Positions 55,104 through 64,000 of a stretch of 64,000 bases of DNA are shown in pieces. Under the pieces are notes generated by a model. The model worked only from the letters and a program-made list of their open reading frames with translations. It did not search any database and had not been told where the DNA came from. This DNA is from Nymphaea colorata (lineage: Eukaryota): NCBI RefSeq assembly GCF_008831285.2, contig NC_045138.2, forward strand, positions 4,464,001 through 4,528,000. The letters are read 5' to 3'. Position numbers and translations under genes: made by a program. Within the stretch, counting starts at the first letter, position 1. The number at the start of each line of letters is the position of its first letter.

Positions 55104-57572
55104 CATCAAGCCCAAGCTGTCTAATGAATGGCAGTTTTTATTTTTTATTTTTTTCATAATAAAAATAATAGAAGAAGGGAAGGAACCTGCCACCGGCAGG
55201 CAGTAGACCTGGGCGCCGCGACGGGCTGCCGGGTACAGATTTTAGGTTTAGAACAAAAAAACCCAGTTCGAAAAATTTTAAAATAATATTTTATTATTAT
55301 TATTAACAACTACGATTCCAAAATTTTAGATTTTTTGTTCAAACTTTTGTTTAAGGCATATCTCATAATGGTCTTAATTCATCAATCCTAGAATTTTAAT
55401 TCACGTTTGACCACACATGTTATTTCCAATGCTTTAATCAAAATTCCAGACTGCCAATCACAAAGAAAAACTAAAACACAAATTTTCATTCTAATTCAAG
55501 TTTGAGGCGAGATTTTGTTTTTAAAATTTTAATTTTAGAATCAAAATAGAAAGCGATCAAACGCCCTTCCATAAAGGGATCTCTCCATCAGATGTCAAAT
55601 ATGTTTGGCCACATCACAAGAACATGCAATGCAATCGTCGTTTTTATAGTGGTGAAATGTGGTGCGCCTCTATAAAATGGATCTCAAACAATCACATCCT
55701 TGCCATGTATTTTTTAAATCATTTCTTAGGAAATCCTGTGTTCATATAAATAGAGAGTCCCACAAAATGTGAATTCCATTTGGGCTTCGCATTGGAGGTT
55801 ATCAAACATACCTTACTAGTTTATACTTTTTTTTCTTAGATCCAAAGATACTTTATCACTACTTATTTGCAATGAACCATGGTGGCCTTCAAATTAATTT
55901 TATAAACTTTTAATATAGAACTATTTTGAAGTCATTCATTTATAATAAAACTATTATCAAGTCATTCATTCATGTACATGGAGTGTCATAATTCACTTTC
56001 TTTGCGGCACGTTTCATTGATGAACAAAGTGCTAACGGCACTTTCTTTAGAACAAAGTGACGATAACATATTGTGCATCATCATGTCTAGTGTTTGGTTC
56101 GTGTGGTTTATATAGACGTATTTTATGATTGCTTAGAATAAGCTACACAAATTGGATAAAAAGATTATAACAAAAGAAATTTAATATTCAGGTTGTGTTT
56201 TAAAATAAATTAAATAATAAAAAATGAAGCAATTTAACAAATCAAACTGGAACAATTGCAGTGGACAATTAAAATGAATTTATGAAATTAAGGAGCGTAA
56301 AATTTAAGTATTTAAATGGAGTAAATTAAAATGACATTGATTCGTGCAATAGAGTGGCTTGAACTAAATTAAAATTGGCAAAAAAAAAAGTAAAGGTAGA
56401 GTAAATATTTGTGTGGAATAGAAAAACAATGTAAGATACTTAGTAAACATAATAATGCAAAATTTAAACATGAAAATTCTAGGATGAAAACAAAATCTAA
56501 TATGAAAAAGAACTCTCTCTCTCTCTCTCTCTATCTTCCGCGAGTTTGCCATGTTTGTTTTCATGTCCCATGTTTTGAGAAAACCAGACAACGAGAAAGC
56601 TGAAAAGCGTCCCCTGGACAACCTTTTTTCTGAAACAATTTATCAGCAAGGCTGAGCTTCAAGAACAAATCCTTCACCCTAAAAACAATTTTTCAGCAAT
56701 TTATATACAAGGTAGTCTGTATATGTCAATTGCCTATGAGCTTAGGATGAGGATGGTAAGAACCTATTTCCCTACTTGTAACGAAGAGCTAGAAGATGAC
56801 CGACCACCGAGTTCGCCCTTCCATCCCTCTTCCTAAACACACACGAAGAAGCTAGACGCTAAGCCGCTTTGGATCATCTTCATACCTTCAGACTGTTGCC
56901 TGCTTCGCATCCTCTCTCAGACGAGCTCTTTATAAACGGTACGGTGCTCTCTTTGTAAACAGCACTCCCTCTCCCTCTCTCTCTCTGGTCTATGGCAAGA
57001 GAAAGCAACAATGGTTTCTTATGTTTGATTCAAAAAAGTTTATTTTGTGTTATTTTGTACAACTTAGAGAGAAACTGGAGTTTGGGGTGCTACGTGGCTT
57101 ACTTAGCTAACGTATTGTTTAGGCCAACGCAAATTCTGAAACACACCAAGTAACCACCGTCTAATGGCTTTCAGTGATGAGATGAAGCAAGCGAAGCACA
57201 TTGGTTGTAGTTGTTATCATGCAAAACTGTTAGTGTCATCGTAAATAGCTGGTGTTACAAGGAATGCATCATTAAAGAATGCACCATAGCAGGAGTTTCA
57301 CGATGCGCGCGCGTGACCGACGAAGTGTTTGTTAATTTGCCTCAGAATGTTTTATATAACATTTATGTTCGCATGAGCTCTCTCTATTTCCTTGTGCGGC
57401 TGTTCTGTATTTTGGTCGTTATCGGTAGATTGGTCAAGTTGATGATCGTGCAATGTTTGGCTTCTTGGCGTGGTTATTTTAAAGAATGCCTCTAGGGGGA
57501 TTTGGTGCCCTGAGAACTTTATCAGGGATGAAAACATCAAGATGTACGATTTCTAGAGAAAAGATTGCACTC

Positions 57573-57830
57573 TGGGCCTGGGGCTGACTTTTTCTTCCTC
57601 CATTTTTAAAATTAAGAGCTACATGACGGTTGAGATTTATCCTGATAAAATTCTTTGGTGGCCTATTATGGGTCAAGATATTTTTAAATCAGCCCATCAA
57701 GCACAACCCTATTCCCCATCTCTCTTTCTGTCTGTTCCCCTTCCATCTCTTTTAGTTTCTGTCCATTCTTTTCACCATTTCTCAGTTTCTGCCGTTGCTC
57801 TGCTGGGTTTCCAGTTTCCACACAACCAGC
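57573..57830 (+). promoter_or_regulatory. Probable SSB promoter/5'-UTR region with site II motifs
   Basis: TGGGCC at 57573 and AGCCCA at 57691 (site II, TGGGCY, common in nuclear genes for mitochondrial proteins), followed by a CT-rich tract typical of plant TSS regions. Confidence 0.4.
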
Positions 57831-58664
57831 GGTTCTCTCAATGTCTCTCGCTCCTTGTTCTGGTTTTAATTTCTCACGTTCTTATGCTGATGGGTTCCAT
57901 GTTCGTGTGGGTTAAGGGGCTCTAAATGGACTGCACACATCGTATTGAAGCGTGCCCATTAAAAAACTGGGATTACTAGGTTTGTCACATGGGTGCTGAC
58001 CACGCTGTAAATTTGCTGCTACACCAGAAATCAGATGCACACTGGTTGTGCAGTGGGTGCAGTTGTTAATAATGCATGGTTATTGTGTTTATGTTGTATA
58101 TAATTATAAGCATATAATATACATATATGTAAAATCATGCATGTATTGTTTTGTTAGTTTTTTATTTATTTTATTTTTCCTATTTTTTAAGATTTTTTTA
58201 ATTTTTTTTAAAAATTTACTGTATTTTTCCCCTTTCTTTCCCATTTTTTTCAAGCTCGCTGTATTATACCGAGAAAAACCTCGCCGTTGAAACTCCAAAA
58301 CGTTATTTGTGACTATGTTTTGAACATAGTTTAAGATTGCATTCTCAAGAAAAAAATTATCAATCATGTTTAATATTTACAGTAGGCCTTAGAAGGCTAA
58401 GTCTATAGATTAAATGGATTTAATGTGGGCCCTATTTCAATGCTGTTATTTATTATCAGTGATCTAGTTAGCCTTGACAAGAGATACAAATTTTAGATCC
58501 TTAACATATATACTTTGGCTATGAATATGAATGTAGATTAGCTGGAGGTTATCCGTTACAAGCATGCTAATCTGTGATACTATGTACAGAATACGTCCTA
58601 CCATTCAGCAATCCACAAACACCGTACTGATACTCATTTACATTTTATTGCAGTTGACAGTATT

Positions 58665-61600
58665 ATGCAGCAATCAAAGATCAGTACACTTGTATCTAGA
58701 CTTTTACAACATTCAAGGAGGAGCCCGTTAAATTCAAATTGTTTTGGTGAATGCCTCTGGCCTTTCACAGATTTTTTTAGTATGAAATGTTAGCGCTTCA
58801 TGATGCAGATGTTGTATTTTATTTTCCTTTTTGTTTTCATTTTGTTGCAAGGATATATATGTACCTACAGTAAAGTGTGAGGTTTTTTTGGAATGAGATG
58901 GTAGAGCAACCAGCGTCTGCACCTGTGTGGGTGTTCCAGCATGCACATGTTTGTTTGTTAGGGCCAATTGACAAGGTAAATGTAGCTGAAGCCAGAAAAT
59001 GCATTATTTAGGAAATGTAAATGTATGTACATGGTTCAATGAATTGATACTGAAGTTGGTCTGGGAAAAAAGCTCAATAGAACCAAAAGTGTCTTGTTTA
59101 TGGAATTCTCATGAACGAGCCCGAACTCCAGGTTCATATAGGCAAAAAAGAAGCCAGTCTATTTCCTAAAGATTTGTTCCCAAGGTGTCCTTTTTTGAGA
59201 TGGGCAACGTGTTCACACACACAAGCAGACATATAATTTAACAATAGATGCACACCCACACATGTCATATCAAATAATGAAAACATGAAACTGCAAAATA
59301 TTTTTTTAACTATGTGTATTAATCAGAAGTAAAATAAAGACAAAGAATCCTTGTTCATGCCTGGCTCATCTACATATAAAAATGAGCCCAGCATTCGCTG
59401 CAAGCAGTTTTATACAAACATGAACACACTGTTGAGGAACTGAACTGGCCTAATTATTAGCTGCTTGGTTAATTTTTTACCCCAGCTAAGTACTTGATGT
59501 GCTACATAGTACATGTTATATAGTAATTAGTAGGAGTGGTAACACTGTACAAAATGAAGGCATAATTTTGTCAGGTATCTCGAACTCAGCCCAAATTGCT
59601 GGGTAGATGCATATAAGTGCCTTCCTCACCATATCTGATATATTGCCTGAATTGGTGTTGATGCCCCTTCTTCTTTTCTTATTGTTGGTATTTCTTGATA
59701 GTTAGTTGAAACTTCTCCATCTTGGTGGAGTAAGAGGTCCTTTAAGCCACAGTGTTGGTTTCTAGTTCTGGTTCATCAGTGTGATTGCTTTTGTTTACTC
59801 GTTCACTGTGGATCTGTAATTTTTGTCCAGTCTTCAATCATGTTTGCTCAGGCATACGTATTAATGGAGTGCATCTGGTGAGCATGAATCATGTTTTTGT
59901 GAAAATTTCAAGTATGAACTGACAATTCTGTTGCAGTTTCATTTTTACCCTTAAAAAATGTGGATGTATCTGTAGTTTAAGAAGTTATGCAGACTAATAC
60001 ATATGATGGAATCGTAGCAGCAAGTAACATTGTCGGGTTTTTATCAGCTAGATTTTCTCTGTATTTTTGGCAAAATGGTTTCTTTCAGGAAAATTTTGGA
60101 GTTTTCTAAAAAATATAAAAAACTAAATGTTAGGTAAAAATACAATAAATGGAAAACTAATAAGAAGACACAAAAAAAAACATCTATTTAAAATGATTAA
60201 GTTGATGAAGTAATAAGCATTGTATTGCAGCCGGGAGATCACGTTAAATACCTAAAACAAGAGGAAATAAAACAGTGAAACAAAAGTTGAAAAAAATGAA
60301 AACGGAAAATGAAATAAAAAATACAAATCGTGATAAATTGATTTTTAATTGTTTTTCAAATTATGACTTTTTTCTTTCTTTGATTTTTCATTTTTTTGTT
60401 AATATCATGATATTTTTGAAAATATCATGGTATTTGTGGCTATGATTGGAATATCGGATTTTTGCTACTCATGTAGGTCTCTCTCTTTCTCTCTTTTTAT
60501 GCTTCTTCTTTCATGACACTAAAGAAGCTGATGTTATGGCTCTCTCTGAAATGGTAATAAGTGATTGCTTAACTGTTTTTTTTTTTTTTTTTTCTTTTTT
60601 TGGAGTCTTGCTTTGGGAGAGCAATTTTCACTATTATATGCATGCCTGTTATGCATATACACCTTTGAAAATCGGTAGTTTTGCTCTTTTCTGGAAGGAC
60701 CAGCTGCTCCTCTGGTGCAACTTTTAAGTTTTAAAGTTTTGGATGGTTAGTTAAACTTTTGTGGTTGCACATTACGGGAGAACTATCCAAATCCTTTCTG
60801 CCATTGTTTTTATCTTGATTTTAGTTTTGAAATCAGAAAACTGATCTCAAAAGTCAGATATTGATTGATAATCTTAAATCCCAGTTCAACGCATTGTACA
60901 GAAAAAAATCCATATCCTCGTGTCATTATCTTGTGATCTTGTATGTTAGTTTTCATTGTAACTAATGTCAGTGTTTTCCAAAATACGACATTATAGACAG
61001 GAAAAATAAGAAAAGCAAAAAGTGAAAAATTGTCAAGAAAAAATAATGTATTGTTGCGGGTTTATTTAAAAATACTATTTTTTAATATAATCTATTTTTT
61101 TTTTGTTTTTTCCAACATTTTTTGCCAATTGTTCAGGTTTTTTATCAAATTTTTTTGTTAAGAAAATTAGTAGAAACTAGAAACCACTGGCACAAATATC
61201 GCAAGATTTTCAGAAATCTCATAATATTTATGATTAAAACAAATAAAATGGTAAAATCTTGTGAGTTTCTGAAACTCTTGCTAAAATGAAAATCTCACTT
61301 TTTTTTCCTGAGATTTTAATATTTTTTATTTTTTAAGATTTTTAAAATTTTTTAAAAATTGTCAAGGCTTTCCCGAGATTTTCTTGAGATGAACTTGGCC
61401 GAAAATACCCATGAAAAACCTATTTCCCCAAGAATGATATTTGTGACAACGGTAGGAACTAATAAGTTCATAACTTCATATATATATATATATATGAATT
61501 CTGAAAATTTTCTTGAGAAAAACCTTTCCAATGAGTACCTGAGGAAAGCCTCACTGATGAAAATTAGAGAACGATATCTGTGACAATGTTAGTTTTGGAA

Positions 61601-62880
61601 ATGTATATCTTGTTTTAAAACTTGAATATTGATTTTAGATGGCTATCTCGATCCACAGAAATCCATATTGAGGCCTCAGGCTATCTATTAGTGCTTGTAT
61701 CATCGTGGTCTCCTAGTCCGCATTACTGCATCTTCAGAGTTCACCTCCTAGCGAACTAGGGAACACCCTTGGATGCACAGAACTTTAGTCTTCAAATGTT
61801 CATTGTTCCCAATTCCACAAAGCATTTTATCTTTTTTATTTTCTTTTTTCAAAAGAATGGGATGAAGGGACAATTGTGTGTGAATGTGCAAGAGGGGAGG
61901 CCTCAGTGGGAGTTTTACAGTTAGGTTTAACAGTTTTAGAAAGTGATTAAAATCAATCATGAACTGCTAGCCACTGATACTCCTTTGGCTTTATGTTATA
62001 CAATCTGGCCCTATTTGCTATCTTTGCAGGAGAGATTGTACTGCAGTCCTTTGTTGGGTGCCTCTTGAGAAAAGTTATCCTTTAACTTACAGGCATGGGT
62101 TTGCTATAGGTCTGCAAAGAGGACCACAACTATGTTACTCTACCATCTCATATGGGGAGTTTGAGGAGGCCCACACTGATCTGCCGAATGACGAGGAGCT
62201 GATTCCTAACAAAAGAGAGATCCAACCACAAGGAGTGGACCCAAAAAAGGGTTGGAATTTCAGAGGCGTACACCGGGTATTTCTCTGTTTTCGTTTTAAG
62301 CTTGGGAAGTGACTATGGAACTAAAAAATTTATTATTACTTAATAAATCATATACATGAGGAACTAACTCAGGCATATTTCCTCTAGGCAATTATTTGTG
62401 GTAGACTTGGACAAGCTCCGGTTCAGAAAATCCTCAGGAATGGCCGGACTGTAACCATTTTCACAGTGGGAACAGGAGGCATGTTTGACCAAAGAACTAT
62501 CTGGTCAGAGAACATGCCAAGACCAGTTCAGTGGCACAGGATTGTTGTACATAATGAAGCGCTTGGTGCATATGCTGTTCAAAAACTTATGAAAGAGTAT
62601 GTATGTTTAATCTCTTCATTCATTTTGGTTTCAACTTTTTACAGTTTTTCTTTCTCGAACAATTTTTTCAGTCCATGCCACCTTAGTACCTACTAGTGCA
62701 GCTCTGCAGTTAATATACTAAATTGGTTTTGTATAGTTCTAACTGTGTCCTTTCCTTCTTCTCTTGTTTCAATACTTAGCTCACCAGTTTATGTTGAAGG
62801 GGACATTGAGACAAGAGTCTATAATGACAGCATCAATGGGCTGGTGAAAAATGTCCCTGAGATATGCATCCGGCGTGATG
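58665..62880 (+). CDS. SSB1: Mitochondrial single-stranded DNA-binding protein (3'-partial)
   Basis: Confident exons: ~62110-62276 (QPQGVDPKKGWNFRGVHR), 62388-62596 (AIICGRLGQAPVQKILRNGRTVTIFTVGTGGMFDQR...QWHRIVVHNEALGAYAVQKL), 62780-62880 (SPVYVEGDIETRVYNDS...PEICIRRDG). Tentative first coding exon 58665-58746 (MQQSKISTLVSRLLQHSRRSPLNSNCF, presequence-like). Final exon not found in the window. Confidence 0.9.
60969..61590. mobile_element. Abutting MITE-like elements in the long SSB intron
   Basis: CAGTGTTTTC (60969)...GAAACCACTG (61189); then TGGCACAAATATC (~61188)...GATATTTGTGACA (~61448), with a duplicated end GATATCTGTGACA (~61585). Confidence 0.45.
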
Positions 62881-64000
62881 GTACGAACTTGTAAATTTGT
62901 AATATTTTGCTTTGCATGTGCCTTAAACATAAGCACCCACTGGTTTTCATAAATATTTGATGATATTTGATCTGATTTCCTCATTGAGCAATTTGAGGAA
63001 AATATACAAGGATTAGTGGAGATCCATCGGAAGCATTAATAGGTCATATCCCTTTCTATGCTACTCCAGAACAATCTCTACTAAATTGCGGTTAATGTTG
63101 TGTTAAGTTTCTTTATTATTCTGGGTTCTTCTCATTTATGAGATTTGAGAAAACAAACTTTTCCCCTACATGTTTTTAAGATATGGTTGTAAAATTTGGG
63201 TTTTCTAATGTTCTAAAAAAAACTTGAATACTACTCACCTTGTTGTCTCCCATTATTGCACTAGGCCTCTTTTCCGGTATAATCCTAGCTGGGAACCAAT
63301 TGCAAATATGCTAGCTGGCTAGTGTGCTGATCACATTTCTGATCAGCACATGGATGCAATCAAATGCCTGAAAAACCTTAGAGTTAAGCATTCATTTCTG
63401 GACTTGAAAGTCCGATAAAATATAATGCAGGTTTAGCAAAAGTAGGGTAATTCCATTGTTTTCTAGTGAACCCAATCTGGTGACTGCATTTGCAATTGGG
63501 CATGGTTCATTTGCTAGAGATTTGATACTTGAGTAACTATTGTAAGTCAGCCTAAATTGGCTGATTTGAATCAAATTGGTGGGATGCTCCTCCCATTATC
63601 AGCTGACACAGGGGTGCCACGTGTAATACACAATTCACTTTAAAATTATTTTTTAAATATTTGAAACTTTTCCCAAGTTTTTTGCATAATTGTTTTTTTC
63701 AATTTATTAATTATTATTATTATTATTATCATTATATATTTAATTTATTTTATAAAAGTAAATATAATAATAACTTTTTGCTGTTTCATATCCTTCATTT
63801 GTATCATGATTCATGGATAGTTCTTGTGCAGAATTTGAAACACTTGAAAAATCTTCCATGTTCTGTAATAAATAAACGAAGAACTGTTCCTGTTGACATA
63901 GTTCTCTCTCTCTTTTTCTCTCTCTTGTTATATATATATATATATATATAGATATTCTAGTGGGTGGACATGCAGCTTCAGGTAGTATTGAACATACATA

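Noticed and set aside
62881..64000. Last SSB exon
   Set aside because: No AG-flanked segment encoding the expected G(K/R)IRL-like continuation was found; it probably lies beyond the window.

Overview
AT-rich flowering-plant nuclear DNA with spliceosomal introns, microsatellites, MITEs and SINEs; no prokaryotic features or CRISPR. I reconstructed six protein-coding genes by hand from reading frames and splice sites: a class A GATA transcription factor (+, 2 coding exons), a TTC33-like TPR protein (-, 5 exons), an intronless Ser-rich protein of unknown function with N-acylation motifs and a C-terminal SLDCFIFV (-), an ALDH3H-type aldehyde dehydrogenase (+, 10 exons, one GC-AG intron), a membrane-anchored RING-CH E3 ligase (-, 3 coding exons), and a mitochondrial SSB (+, last exon not in the window). 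Intergenic DNA holds tRNA-derived SINEs, hAT-, Harbinger- and CACTA-like non-autonomous elements, local tandem duplications and a 27-nt U6 snRNA fragment. The most interesting leads are a young 187-bp fold-back of a SINE (possible small-RNA source), a Pack-CACTA-like element carrying an exon-like piece, a candidate poison exon, and candidate 3'-UTR introns. I found no convincing new multi-gene system; all leads are unverified. Family assignments come from recalled motifs, not database searches.
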